Position numbers and translations under genes: made by a program
Part shown: positions 27,494 through 37,437 of the stretch, in pieces
Numbering within the stretch: the stretch's first letter is position 1
Layout: every line of letters starts with the position of its first letter
The notes under the pieces: model-generated
Told to the model about the DNA's origin: nothing
The model's database searches: none
The model's input: only the letters and a program-made list of their open reading frames with translations
Source of the DNA: Sphingomonadales bacterium
Lineage (GTDB): Bacteria; Pseudomonadota; Alphaproteobacteria; Sphingomonadales; Sphingomonadaceae
DNA length: 64,000 nucleotides
Direction: 5' to 3'
Assembly: GCA_031374785.1 (NCBI GenBank)
Contig: JANMGR010000141.1
Span: forward strand, 1,543 to 65,542

Positions 27494-29268
27494 CCGATCT
27501 ATTTCGCACCGGCATTTCTGTTTTTGCATTATCAACGCTTGCATGCGCTGCTCCAGCGTTCGCCAATACCAGCGAAAATACAAGACAAATCATTGACTTA
27601 TCGGCTAACACTCCTCCCGCTCCTTCGGCTAAAGACAGTCAGCTGTTCAGCGCAATTTATACTGCGATTGCTGGGAAGAATTGGGCGGAGGCAAGCCGCC
27701 TGCTCGACAGTGCCCCCAAAGGCGCAATGGCATCAATGGCGCGGGCTGAACTCTATCTCGCTGTGGGCAGCCCGAAAGTCGACGCGACGCAGTTGCAGGC
27801 TCTCCTTAACGACGCCCCCTACCTTCCACAAGCCGAACAGCTTGAAAAAATGGCCATGAACCGCGGCGCAAGCGCCCTACCGCTGCTTCCCGGCACACAA
27901 CGCTTTGCCTATCGTGGCAGCGCACCAAAGCGCGATCTGCCTGATAATGTCGGTGCCGCGTCCGCGTTGCGTGTCCAAATTCAGCAGCACATCAAAAACG
28001 ATGATCCGGCCAGCGCCGAGGCGTTGGTCGAGGCTGCGTCGGGTAACCTGTCCGCAGACGCGCTAACCGAACTGCGTTACCGCGTTGCGTGGTCCTATTA
28101 TATCGAAAACGACGATAGCAACGCACGACGCGTCGCCTCCACTGCCAAGACAAGCGGCGGCGAATGGGGTGTGCAGGCAGATTGGGTCTATGCGCTTTCC
28201 AGTTGGCGGTTGAAACAACACGCAGATGCCTTTGCCGCGTTCGACGACATTTCGCGCCGCGCCGAAAACGAAGAGCTAAAAGCCGCCGCCCTGTTTTGGA
28301 GTGCCCGCGCCGCAATGGCGACAAAGCAACCACAACAGGTGCAAAGCCGTCTACAAAACGCTGCATCGCATGCCGAAACCTTTTACGGCCTGCTCGCGGG
28401 CGAAGCTTTAGGTATGGAAACCGTCGCGCATCGTTGGAAACGCCAAAACGACAAAGCCGATTGGAAAGCCCTTTCAGGCAACCAAAATGTGCAGGCCGCG
28501 ATAGGCCTGTCTGCGATCGGTAAAGACGATCTGGCCGACCAAACCATCCGTCATCAGGCAAAAATTGGCGATCCCGCGCAGCATGACGCGCTGGCTCGTA
28601 TGGCTGGCACACTCGGCCTGCCCGCAACGCAATTATGGATGGGGCATTATGGGCCGCGCGGTCAAGAAGCCGAAATGCTCAGCCGCTATCCTTATCCCAA
28701 CTGGACTCCGGCGAACGGCTGGCGCGTCGATCCGTCGCTTGCTTATGCGCATGCTTTGCAGGAATCGCAGTTTAGAACGTCGGTCATCAGCCCTGCTGGC
28801 GCACGCGGCTTGATGCAGGTCCGTCCCGGCACAGCGTCGGATATGGCACGCGACAAGGGCTTCACTTTCCGCGCGTCTGACCTCGACAGGCCCGCAATGA
28901 ACCTTGAATATGGCCAATCCTATATGGAAAAGCTGCGCGATATGAACGCGACGAGCGGCTTGCTGCCAAAAGTGATCGCCGCCTATAATGCTGGCCCTGC
29001 CCCGATTATCCGCTGGAACAGCGAAATCCGCGATAATGGTGATCCGTTGCTGTATATGGAATCAATACCCTATTGGGAAACACGCGGCTATGTGGCCATT
29101 ATCCTGCGCAATTACTGGATTTACGAGGCGCAAAAGGGCAAAAATGGCGGCAGCATGTCGATAATGGCGCAATATCAATGGCCGCGCTTTCCAGAAAATG
29201 GAGTCAGCACAGCAGTGAACCTGAACTTTGACAGCCCCAACAGCGGAGGCAGCTTTGCCGCTCGATGA
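27490..29268 (+). CDS. soluble lytic murein transglycosylase (Slt-like)
   Basis: GTG at 27490 overlaps the upstream TGA and gives the signal peptide ISVFALSTLACAAPAFA. The SLT catalytic region is present (ALQESQFRTSVISPAGARGLMQV, AAYNAGP). Confidence 0.85.
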   Translation: MTDLFRTGISVFALSTLACAAPAFANTSENTRQIIDLSANTPPAPSAKDSQLFSAIYTAIAGKNWAEASRLLDSAPKGAMASMARAELYLAVGSPKVDATQLQALLNDAPYLPQAEQLEKMAMNRGASALPLLPGTQRFAYRGSAPKRDLPDNVGAASALRVQIQQHIKNDDPASAEALVEAASGNLSADALTELRYRVAWSYYIENDDSNARRVASTAKTSGGEWGVQADWVYALSSWRLKQHADAFAAFDDISRRAENEELKAAALFWSARAAMATKQPQQVQSRLQNAASHAETFYGLLAGEALGMETVAHRWKRQNDKADWKALSGNQNVQAAIGLSAIGKDDLADQTIRHQAKIGDPAQHDALARMAGTLGLPATQLWMGHYGPRGQEAEMLSRYPYPNWTPANGWRVDPSLAYAHALQESQFRTSVISPAGARGLMQVRPGTASDMARDKGFTFRASDLDRPAMNLEYGQSYMEKLRDMNATSGLLPKVIAAYNAGPAPIIRWNSEIRDNGDPLLYMESIPYWETRGYVAIILRNYWIYEAQKGKNGGSMSIMAQYQWPRFPENGVSTAVNLNFDSPNSGGSFAAR

Positions 29269-29782
29269 GACTAAGCAGTTTAAGCCGGTCAACATCGCGT
29301 TGTTGACGGTTTCTGACACGCGCACTGCGGCCGATGACACCAGTGGCGATATATTGGCGGATCGGATATTGGCTGCGGGGCACAAAATCGTTGTCCGTGC
29401 CATCGAACGTGACGATAGCTCACGCCTTGTCGCGCGGCTGCATAACTGGATTGACGACGAAACCATCGATTGCGTGATATCGACTGGCGGCACCGGCCTG
29501 ACCGGACGCGACATCACGCCCGAGGCACTGGACAAGGTCAAATCCAAGGACATTCCTGGTTTTGGCGAGCTGTTCCGCCTGTTAAGCTATGAAACCATCG
29601 GCACATCCACCATCCAAAGCCGAGCCTGCGCCGTACTGGCTCGCGGAACCTATATCTTTGCCCTGCCCGGATCGAACGGCGCGGTGAAAGATGGCTGGGA
29701 CAAGATTTTGGTCCACCAACTGGATAACCGGCATCGCCCATGCAATTTTGTAGAATTGATGCCGCGGTTGCGCGAACAGTAA
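29228..29782 (+). CDS. moaB: molybdenum cofactor biosynthesis protein B (MoaB/MogA family)
   Basis: TVSDTRT, GGTGLTGRD and PGSNGA motifs are present. The TTG start is uncertain and overlaps the slt end. Confidence 0.8.
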   Translation: MTAPTAEAALPLDETKQFKPVNIALLTVSDTRTAADDTSGDILADRILAAGHKIVVRAIERDDSSRLVARLHNWIDDETIDCVISTGGTGLTGRDITPEALDKVKSKDIPGFGELFRLLSYETIGTSTIQSRACAVLARGTYIFALPGSNGAVKDGWDKILVHQLDNRHRPCNFVELMPRLREQ

Positions 29783-29784
29783 TT

Positions 29785-29799
29785 GTTCTGTATTTGTTC
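29785..29799 (+). promoter_or_regulatory. putative LexA (SOS) box GTTC-N7-GTTC
   Basis: GTTCTGTATTTGTTC lies 25 nt upstream of the radical SAM ATG. It has the same motif form as the box before lexA in this window. Confidence 0.5.
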
Positions 29800-29823
29800 C
29801 GTTGCTTCTGATATGCTTATCGC

Positions 29824-30912
29824 ATGTCAAAATCTAATTATCCCGATTTTACAGCAGGGCGCGGTGCAGTTGCCAATGCGACTCCTTCGCGGTTCAATTT
29901 GAATGCGAAAAAGGCGGATGGTGATTGGCTGGACGCGCGTGACGACTTGGATGGTGAAGCGCCTCTGCTGCGTACGACGGTAACGGTTGAGCGGCCCAAA
30001 ACCATTATCTCGCGCAATAAATCGCCCGATATACCGTTCGATAAATCGATCAACCCGTATCGCGGGTGTGAGCATGGCTGCATCTATTGCTATGCGCGGC
30101 CCAGCCATGCGTTTCACGACCTGTCACCGGGTCTGGATTTTGAAAGTCGGTTGTTTGCAAAGCCCGATGCGCCTGCCCTGCTCCATGCCGAACTCGCCAA
30201 AAAAGGACATATCCCGACACCCATTGCCTTTGGCACGAATACCAATTGTTATCAGCCTATCGAAGCAAAATGGCGGATTATGCGTGGGTGTTTAGAGGTG
30301 CTGTCGGCGTGTGAGCATCCGTTGACGATCACGACAAAATCTAACCGCGTGTTGCGCGATCTGGACCTTTTGGCGCCTATGGCGGCAAAGCAATTGGTGG
30401 CGGTGTGCGTTTCCATCACCACCTTGGATGGCGAACTGCACCGCAAACTAGAGCCGCGCGCGCCGCATCCAAAACGGCGGCTCGAGGCAGTTCGCGGGCT
30501 GGCTGACGCTGGCATACCCGTGCATGTCAATGTCGCGCCTATTATTTCAGCGATCAATGATCACGAAATCGAAGCGATACTGGCCGCTACAGCCGAGGCG
30601 GGAGCCGTCAGTGCCAGCTGGATTCCAGTGCGCCTGCCGCACGAAGTCTCGCCACTGTTTCAGCAATGGCTCGACGCGCATTTCCCGGATCGGGCGGGCA
30701 AGGTGATGGCGATCATCCGCTCTATACGAGAGGGCCGCGATAATGATCCCAGCTTCTTTGGCCGGATGCGCGGGTCCGGGCCGTGGGCAGATTTGATCCG
30801 CGCGCGGTTCCAGGTTGCATCGCGCAAAGCGGGGCTGGTTGGCTATAAATGGCAGCTTAGGTCAGACTTGTTCGTGCCGCCGCGTTTGGACGGGCAGATG
30901 TCATTGTTCTAA
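29824..30912 (+). CDS. PA0069-family radical SAM protein (COG1533 SplB-like)
   Basis: Radical SAM cluster motif CEHGCIYCYA, 362 aa. Confidence 0.85.
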   Translation: MSKSNYPDFTAGRGAVANATPSRFNLNAKKADGDWLDARDDLDGEAPLLRTTVTVERPKTIISRNKSPDIPFDKSINPYRGCEHGCIYCYARPSHAFHDLSPGLDFESRLFAKPDAPALLHAELAKKGHIPTPIAFGTNTNCYQPIEAKWRIMRGCLEVLSACEHPLTITTKSNRVLRDLDLLAPMAAKQLVAVCVSITTLDGELHRKLEPRAPHPKRRLEAVRGLADAGIPVHVNVAPIISAINDHEIEAILAATAEAGAVSASWIPVRLPHEVSPLFQQWLDAHFPDRAGKVMAIIRSIREGRDNDPSFFGRMRGSGPWADLIRARFQVASRKAGLVGYKWQLRSDLFVPPRLDGQMSLF

Positions 30913-32514
30913 TCAGCTAATGCTCCGCAGCTTATAATCCTTATACAATTTACGCAGTTCCGCCTTTTGGATTTTGCCTGTGCCGGTCATCGGCATGCTG
31001 TCGACAAAATGCACCTCGTCAGGAAGCCACCATTTGGCTATGCGTTCCTTAAGATACGCCTGCACATCCGTTTCGGAAAGGTCCGCTGCATCTGGTTTGC
31101 GCACTGCAACGATAATCGGCCGTTCATCCCATTTCGGATGATAGACGCCAATCGCTGCGGCCTGCGCGACGCCGGGGCAGCCTATCGCGGCGTTTTCTAG
31201 CTCGACCGAGCTGATCCACTCGCCGCCCGATTTGATCACGTCTTTGACCCGGTCGGTAATTTGCATCGTGCCATCGGGATGGATGACGGAAACATCGCCG
31301 GTATCAAACCACTGGTCCGCATCGGTCGCATCAGCCTCCGCTTTGAAATAGCGTTTGATAACCCACGGCCCGCGAATTTGCAGTGATCCTTCGGTTTTGC
31401 CATCGCGCGGCGCGATCTGGCCGTCTTTGTCGATTACGCGAAGTTCAACACCAAAGGGAATTTTGCCCTGTTTCGCCACGATATCAATTTTGGCATCCAG
31501 GCTCAATTCGTCCCAGCCCGGAACCGGCGAGCCCATTGTGCCAATCGGCGAGGTTTCGGTCATGCCCCAGGCATGGGCGACGCGCACGCCTTGCTTCATC
31601 AGCCGCTCAATCATCATCCGCGGAGCCGCAGTGCCGCCGATGGTGACCAGCTTTAGCTTGCCCAGCCCCGCCTCGCGCCCCGCAGCCAGTTCAGCATCCA
31701 GATGCTGAAACATTGCAAGCCATACCGTCGGCACACCTGCGCTGTGCGTGATGCCTTCTGACAGCATCAGACCATGCAAAACGGGCGCTTCGTTAGTGGT
31801 GGAAAAGACAAACTTCACCCCCGCCATCGCGCCGGCAAAGGGCAGACCCCAGCTGGCGGCGTGGAACATCGGCACAATCGGCAGCAAGGCGGCGGTGCAA
31901 TCGAGATCGAATACCGCAGGGGCTACTTCGGCCATCGCATGCAGCATCGTTGAACGGTGCTGATACAACACGCCTTTGGGATTGCCCGTCGTGCCGCTGG
32001 TATAGCAGAGCATGCACGGATCGCGCTCATCGCCCCAGACCCAATCGAACTTGCCATTCTGGCTGCCGATCAGCGCGCTATATTCGTCGCTATCAAAGAC
32101 TATATAATGCTCAACTGTGGTCAAATGCGGCTTAAGCCGGTCGATAATCGGTTGGAACATTGCATCATACATCAACACCTTATCCTCGGCGTGGTTCATG
32201 ATGTAGATCAGGTCTTCGTCGAACAGTCGCACGTTCACGGTGTGAATCACCCCGCCCGCGCCAATCGCGGCGTACCATGCAGCCAGATGCCGGTGGTGGT
32301 TCATAGCAAAAGTTGCAACGCGCTCCCCGGGTTTTAAGCCCAGCGCAACAAAGGCCTGCGCCATTCGCCTTGCTGCGCCGGCTACGCCAGCCCAGTTTGT
32401 GCGCTCAATGCTGCCATCGGACCAACGCGTAACGATCTCGCGAGTGCCATGCTCGCGCTCTGCATAATCGATCAAATGGGTAACGCGCAGATCCCAATCC
32501 TGCATAGTGTGCAT
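30913..32514 (-). CDS. long-chain fatty acid-CoA ligase (AMP-binding enzyme)
   Basis: AMP-binding signature ([12 protein letters not shown]), WGMTE, GDV...DGT and GKIQK. Confidence 0.9.
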   Translation of the reverse strand: MHTMQDWDLRVTHLIDYAEREHGTREIVTRWSDGSIERTNWAGVAGAARRMAQAFVALGLKPGERVATFAMNHHRHLAAWYAAIGAGGVIHTVNVRLFDEDLIYIMNHAEDKVLMYDAMFQPIIDRLKPHLTTVEHYIVFDSDEYSALIGSQNGKFDWVWGDERDPCMLCYTSGTTGNPKGVLYQHRSTMLHAMAEVAPAVFDLDCTAALLPIVPMFHAASWGLPFAGAMAGVKFVFSTTNEAPVLHGLMLSEGITHSAGVPTVWLAMFQHLDAELAAGREAGLGKLKLVTIGGTAAPRMMIERLMKQGVRVAHAWGMTETSPIGTMGSPVPGWDELSLDAKIDIVAKQGKIPFGVELRVIDKDGQIAPRDGKTEGSLQIRGPWVIKRYFKAEADATDADQWFDTGDVSVIHPDGTMQITDRVKDVIKSGGEWISSVELENAAIGCPGVAQAAAIGVYHPKWDERPIIVAVRKPDAADLSETDVQAYLKERIAKWWLPDEVHFVDSMPMTGTGKIQKAELRKLYKDYKLRSIS

Positions 32515-32550
32515 GATAACTTCGTCCTCTCCAGCGGCGCTTTGGCGCCT

Positions 32551-35500
32551 TTAATGAACAACCGTCAGATGCGGCCTTATCGGTTCCATCGCAACATGGT
32601 TTATGCCGGCAATCCCCTTCACCTTTTCCACCAGCTCGACATCAAGCCTGAATTTATTTCCAAGGAGGATCGGGACAGATTGCCCGTTTGTCGCGCGGGT
32701 CTTTGCGACCACTTCACCACGCCCGCCTTGTAACGGTGCGATCAAATGCTGCAAATGGTAAAAGGCATCGGCCGTTTCGATTTCCAGACACATTTTAAAC
32801 CGTGTTGACGCGACGAGCCCCTCAAGCGGCTTTGCATTTTTGATCGTGATGCCCGGCGTTTCGTCGCCTGCGCGTTGATCGAGTTCAACTGACAGCAACA
32901 GGCACGTTCCATCCTTCGCCCAGTCTGCTAGTTGAGGGCACAAATCTTCCTCAAAACACCGTGCCGAAAACTGCCCGCTGGTGTCCGACAGATCAACCAA
33001 TACAAAGCGTTTGCCGCGTTTGGATTCGCGCCAGCGTAGCCCTTGCACCATGACGGCCATTGTTGCGGGTTTGCGCTGCCCCTCAGGGATTGGCCCTGCG
33101 TCCATAATCTCTGCATTGCTACGCGCGCCGTGGCTGGCCGAAACTTGCGCGAATTGCGACAAAGGATGTGCCGCGAAATAGAAACCGAACGCTTCCTTTT
33201 CATGTTCCATCGATTCCGAAATCGACCAGCCCAAATTATCGGCAAAGCGCAATTGCGCCGCATCGCTACCGCCGCCTTCGCCAAACAATCCGCCCTGACC
33301 GCTTTCGCGCGTGTCGCGTGCGGATTGTGCGGCGGACAGGATCAATTCCGCCCCGGCATAGACGCCAGCGCGATTAGCGTGAAGATCATCGAACGCACCA
33401 ACGGCAGAGAGGTTTTCAATCTGACGCTTGTTCAGCAATCCCGGATCAACGCGGTTGGCGAAGTCATCAAGGCTTAGGAAATTGCCTTCCTTAATCCGCT
33501 CCTCAACCAGCCCCTCCATCGCCCTTTCGCCAACGTTTTTGATACCCGCCAGCGCATAGCGTACTGCCAACCCTTGTTCTGAATCTTCAACCGAAAACTC
33601 GGCCTCGCTGGCGTTGATCGATGGCGGCAGGCAGGCGACATCCAATCGCCGCATGTCATCGACAAAGATCGAAAGCTTATCCGTCTGGTGCATGTCAAAA
33701 CACATCGACGCGGCGAAAAACACTTCGGGGTGATGCACTTTCAACCAGCCTGTGTGATAGGACAGCAAAGCATAAGCCGCCGCGTGGCTTTTGTTAAAGC
33801 CGTAACCTGCGAACTTGTCGATCAAATCGAACAGCTCATTGGCTTTAACCGGATCAATTTGGTGGTGCTCGGCGCAACCGGTGACGAACACCGCGCGCTG
33901 TTCGTCCATTTCCTTCTGAACCTTTTTGCCCATCGCGCGGCGCAGCAAATCGGCACCGCCCAGTGAATAGCCCGCAAGGATCTGCGCGGCCTGCATCACC
34001 TGTTCTTGATAAACGAACACGCCATAGGTTTCCGACAAGATTCCTTCGAGCAAAGCATGCGGATATTCGATTTTTTCTTCGCCGTTTTTGCGTCGGCCAA
34101 ACATCGGAATGTTGTCCATTGGCCCCGGACGATACAGCGACACGAGCGCGATGATGTCGCCGAAATTTGTCGGGCGAACGGCCGCGAGAGTGCGCCGCAT
34201 CCCTTCAGATTCCAGCTGGAACACGCCGACCGTATCACCTGCTTGCAGCAATTTGTAGGTCGCTTCATCGTCAAGCGCGAGCTTGTCAAATTCAACAAGT
34301 ATTCCGCGCTTTTCCAGCATCTGCGTTGCTTTTTGCAAAACAGACAGTGTTTTGAGTCCCAAAAAGTCAAACTTTACCAAACCGGCTTCTTCGACAAATT
34401 TCATGTCGAACTGCGTCACAGGAATGTCAGAACGCGGGTCGCGGTAAAGGGGGATCAGTTCAGATAGAGCCCTGTCGCCGATCACCACACCCGCAGCATG
34501 GGTGGAACTATGTCGCGGAAGCCCTTCAAGCTTTAATGCCAAATCGAACAGCCGCTTGACCTGTTCGTCACGCCGATATTCCTCACGCAATTCTGGTACA
34601 CCCGCCAATGCGCGGGGCAGATCATAGGGGTCTTGGGGATGGTTTGGCACCAGCTTGCACAGCCGGTCAATCTGCCCATAGGGCATTTGCAACACGCGCC
34701 CTGTATCGCGCAAAACCGCCCGTGCCTTTAGCTTACCAAAGGTGATAATCTGCGCGACTTGGCGGTGGCCATATTTTTGCAGCACATAGCGGATCACTTC
34801 GCCGCGCCGCGTTTCGCAGAAATCGATATCGAAATCCGGCATCGACACCCGTTCGGGATTCAAAAACCGTTCGAACAGCAACCCGAATTGCAGCGGATCA
34901 AGATCAGTGATCGTCAGCGCCCAGGCAATGACTGATCCCGCACCCGAACCGCGCCCCGGCCCCACCGCAATGTCTTGCGATTTGGCCCATTTGATAAAGT
35001 CGGCCACGATCAGGAAATAGGCAGAAAATCCCATTTCGGTGATGACATTGGCTTCAAAATCTAGCCGGTCGAAATAGACCTGACGTGCATCGGGCGATGT
35101 GATGCCCGCAATCGCCAGCCTGTCTTCCAACCCGGCTTTGGCATCAACAACAAGCTGCAAATCCTCGCCCGCTTTATCCCCTGCGATACTCGGCAAAATC
35201 GGTTTGCGGCGCGGCGCGCCAACCCCGCAGCGTTGCGCCACAACCAACGTGTTCGCCAGCGCCTCGGGAATATCCTTAAACATCTCAGCCATTTGCTGAC
35301 CCGTTTTTATCCAAGCATGGCGAGAGCTTTTGCGGCGATCCTCATTCTCCACATATTCGCCGTCGGCGATGCACAGCATGATGTCGTGTGCTTCGTAAAA
35401 GTCGGGTTCGGCAAAACAGGCAGGGTTCGTTGCAACCAATGGCAAGTCGCGGGCATACGCAAGTGCGATCAGCGCATCCTCGGCGGCTTCCTCGGTCGCA

Positions 35501-36036
35501 TCGCCGCGTCTTGCGAGTTCTATGTAAAGCCGATCCGGAAAAATGCTTTGCAGCCGGTCGCAATAGTCGGCGGCTGCATCCAATTGCCCATCGGCAAACA
35601 GCCGTGCCATTGCACCCTCACCGCCAGCGGTTAGCGCGATAAGCCCGTCACTGAACTCAGCAAGTTGGGTCAGGCTAACCTGCGGATCAACATCGTCTTC
35701 ATGGTCAAGATGCGAGGCCGAAACAAGACGGCAGAGGTTTTTATAACCCTCCTCGTCCTGCGCATAAAGCGCCAGCCAATCGCGCACCGGCTTTCCGCCT
35801 GATAACTCCAACGGTCGCGTGACCGACAGCATCAGGCCTATGATTGGCTGAACCCCCGTTGCGCGGCAGCCATCCTCGAATGGCATTACGCCGTATAGTC
35901 CATTGCGGTCGGTTATGGCGATGGCGGGATAGCCAAGACCCTTGGCGTATTTGCCAATCGCCTTCGGTTCAATCGCCCCATCCAGCATGGTATAGGCGGA
36001 AAAGACGCGTAAGGGGACGAAGGGAACTAGAGCCAT
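32551..36036 (-). CDS. dnaE: DNA polymerase III subunit alpha
   Basis: 1161 aa with an N-terminal PHP domain, a PDFDIDF catalytic motif, and HhH and OB regions. Confidence 0.97.
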   Translation of the reverse strand: MALVPFVPLRVFSAYTMLDGAIEPKAIGKYAKGLGYPAIAITDRNGLYGVMPFEDGCRATGVQPIIGLMLSVTRPLELSGGKPVRDWLALYAQDEEGYKNLCRLVSASHLDHEDDVDPQVSLTQLAEFSDGLIALTAGGEGAMARLFADGQLDAAADYCDRLQSIFPDRLYIELARRGDATEEAAEDALIALAYARDLPLVATNPACFAEPDFYEAHDIMLCIADGEYVENEDRRKSSRHAWIKTGQQMAEMFKDIPEALANTLVVAQRCGVGAPRRKPILPSIAGDKAGEDLQLVVDAKAGLEDRLAIAGITSPDARQVYFDRLDFEANVITEMGFSAYFLIVADFIKWAKSQDIAVGPGRGSGAGSVIAWALTITDLDPLQFGLLFERFLNPERVSMPDFDIDFCETRRGEVIRYVLQKYGHRQVAQIITFGKLKARAVLRDTGRVLQMPYGQIDRLCKLVPNHPQDPYDLPRALAGVPELREEYRRDEQVKRLFDLALKLEGLPRHSSTHAAGVVIGDRALSELIPLYRDPRSDIPVTQFDMKFVEEAGLVKFDFLGLKTLSVLQKATQMLEKRGILVEFDKLALDDEATYKLLQAGDTVGVFQLESEGMRRTLAAVRPTNFGDIIALVSLYRPGPMDNIPMFGRRKNGEEKIEYPHALLEGILSETYGVFVYQEQVMQAAQILAGYSLGGADLLRRAMGKKVQKEMDEQRAVFVTGCAEHHQIDPVKANELFDLIDKFAGYGFNKSHAAAYALLSYHTGWLKVHHPEVFFAASMCFDMHQTDKLSIFVDDMRRLDVACLPPSINASEAEFSVEDSEQGLAVRYALAGIKNVGERAMEGLVEERIKEGNFLSLDDFANRVDPGLLNKRQIENLSAVGAFDDLHANRAGVYAGAELILSAAQSARDTRESGQGGLFGEGGGSDAAQLRFADNLGWSISESMEHEKEAFGFYFAAHPLSQFAQVSASHGARSNAEIMDAGPIPEGQRKPATMAVMVQGLRWRESKRGKRFVLVDLSDTSGQFSARCFEEDLCPQLADWAKDGTCLLLSVELDQRAGDETPGITIKNAKPLEGLVASTRFKMCLEIETADAFYHLQHLIAPLQGGRGEVVAKTRATNGQSVPILLGNKFRLDVELVEKVKGIAGINHVAMEPIRPHLTVVH

Positions 36037-36107
36037 TTGTGAAGGCTAGTGCAGGGTCGGTTGATTCGCAAACGAGGTATCAGTGGTTTTTGTGGACAAG
36101 AGATATT

Positions 36108-36263
36108 CCTCTCCAGTGCGAGAGGATACTGAGCCTTATGAACGAAGTGAATTAGGCGAAGTTGGTGAGGGGTTGTGGGTTATCGAGGGCACACAACCCC
36201 TCACCCAGCTTCGACTAGGCAACACGTTGCCAAGTCTGCGCAACCCTCTCCCACTGGAGAGGG
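36108..36263. repeat. MITE/REP-like nested-hairpin repeat, copy A
   Basis: Terminal hairpins CCTCTCCAGTGCGAGAGG and CCTCTCCCACTGGAGAGG, and a central 14-bp stem GGTGAGGGGTTGTG/CACAACCCCTCACC. A second copy lies at 39607-39774. Confidence 0.85.
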
Positions 36264-36267
36264 ATTC

Positions 36268-36747
36268 TCATCCCAACAACCGCTCGATATCCTTCTCAAG
36301 CGACTCTGGCGTCACCGTCGGCGCATAGCGGCCCACGACCTTGCCGTCTTTATCCACCAAAAACTTAGTGAAATTCCACTTGATCCCGCGGCTGCCGAGC
36401 AAGCCCGATTGCTGCTGCTTCAAATACTGCCACAATGGATCAGCCTCGCTACCGTTCACATCCACTTTTTTCGCCAGCGGGAACGACACGTCGTAATTCA
36501 GCGAGCAGAAAGTCTTGATCTCTTCCTCGTCGCCCGGCTCTTGCGCGCCGAACTGATTGCAGGGAAAGCCCAGCACAACCAAGCCCTTGTCCGCATATTT
36601 GCGGTGTAGCGCCTCAAGCCCCTTATACTGCGGCGTGAAGCCACATTTGGATGCGGTGTTGACAACCAAAACTACTTTCCCAGCGTAATCCTTTAAGTCT
36701 TGGCTTTGTCCGCCGGGCATCGCGACGGTGAAATCATGTACGTTCAT
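36268..36747 (-). CDS. glutathione peroxidase (Cys type)
   Basis: NTASKCGFT active site with a TGT Cys codon, plus FPCNQFG and WNFTKFL. Confidence 0.9.
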   Translation of the reverse strand: MNVHDFTVAMPGGQSQDLKDYAGKVVLVVNTASKCGFTPQYKGLEALHRKYADKGLVVLGFPCNQFGAQEPGDEEEIKTFCSLNYDVSFPLAKKVDVNGSEADPLWQYLKQQQSGLLGSRGIKWNFTKFLVDKDGKVVGRYAPTVTPESLEKDIERLLG

Positions 36748-36762
36748 AACAGGCTCCTATTG

Positions 36763-37437
36763 CTAACCCAATTTTCCATCGTGCAATCTTACCACACGGT
36801 CCATCTTTGCCGCCAGACGTTCGTTGTGCGTTGCGACCAACGCGGCAGATCCTTGGCTGCGGACAAGGTTCATGAATTCGCCCAATACGATATTGGCAGT
36901 GTGTTCATCCAGATTGCCTGTGGGTTCATCCGCCAGCACCAACCTAGGCCGGTTGGCTAGCGCGCGTGCTACCGCAACGCGTTGTTGTTCTCCTCCGGAT
37001 AGCTTTGCTGGACGATGTTCTAGGCGTTCGCCTAACCCAAGAGTGGACAGCAAAGTTGAGGCCCGATCCCGCGCTTCATCCGGACCAAGGCCCATAATCA
37101 ACTGCGGCAGCATCACGTTTTCCAGCGCGTCGAAATCGGGCAGCAGATGGTGGAATTGATAGACAAAACCGAGCTTCTCGCGCCGGATCACTGTGCAGCG
37201 GTCAGGGCCAAGGCTGTGCGTTTCCTCACCGTCGATTTTAATCGAGCCCTCAAATCCGCCCTCAAGTAAGCCAAGCGCCTGTAGCAACGTCGATTTGCCT
37301 GTTCCGCTTGGCCCCAACAACGCGACCATTTCGCCCTCGGCAATGGCCAGATTGACGCCGCGCAGGACTTCAATCGTAACATCACCCTGCGTAAAATCAC
37401 GGCGCACATCGACCATTTCGGCGATAATTTTACTCAT
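36763..37437 (-). CDS. lolD: lipoprotein-releasing ABC transporter ATP-binding protein
   Basis: Walker A (GPSGTGKST), signature ([10 protein letters not shown]) and Walker B ([12 protein letters not shown]). It overlaps the lolC/E-like permease gene. Confidence 0.88.
   Translation of the reverse strand: MSKIIAEMVDVRRDFTQGDVTIEVLRGVNLAIAEGEMVALLGPSGTGKSTLLQALGLLEGGFEGSIKIDGEETHSLGPDRCTVIRREKLGFVYQFHHLLPDFDALENVMLPQLIMGLGPDEARDRASTLLSTLGLGERLEHRPAKLSGGEQQRVAVARALANRPRLVLADEPTGNLDEHTANIVLGEFMNLVRSQGSAALVATHNERLAAKMDRVVRLHDGKLG

Noticed and set aside
36268-36747. Possible selenocysteine in glutathione peroxidase
   Set aside because: The active-site codon is TGT (Cys) in NTASKCGFT, and there is no in-frame TGA.
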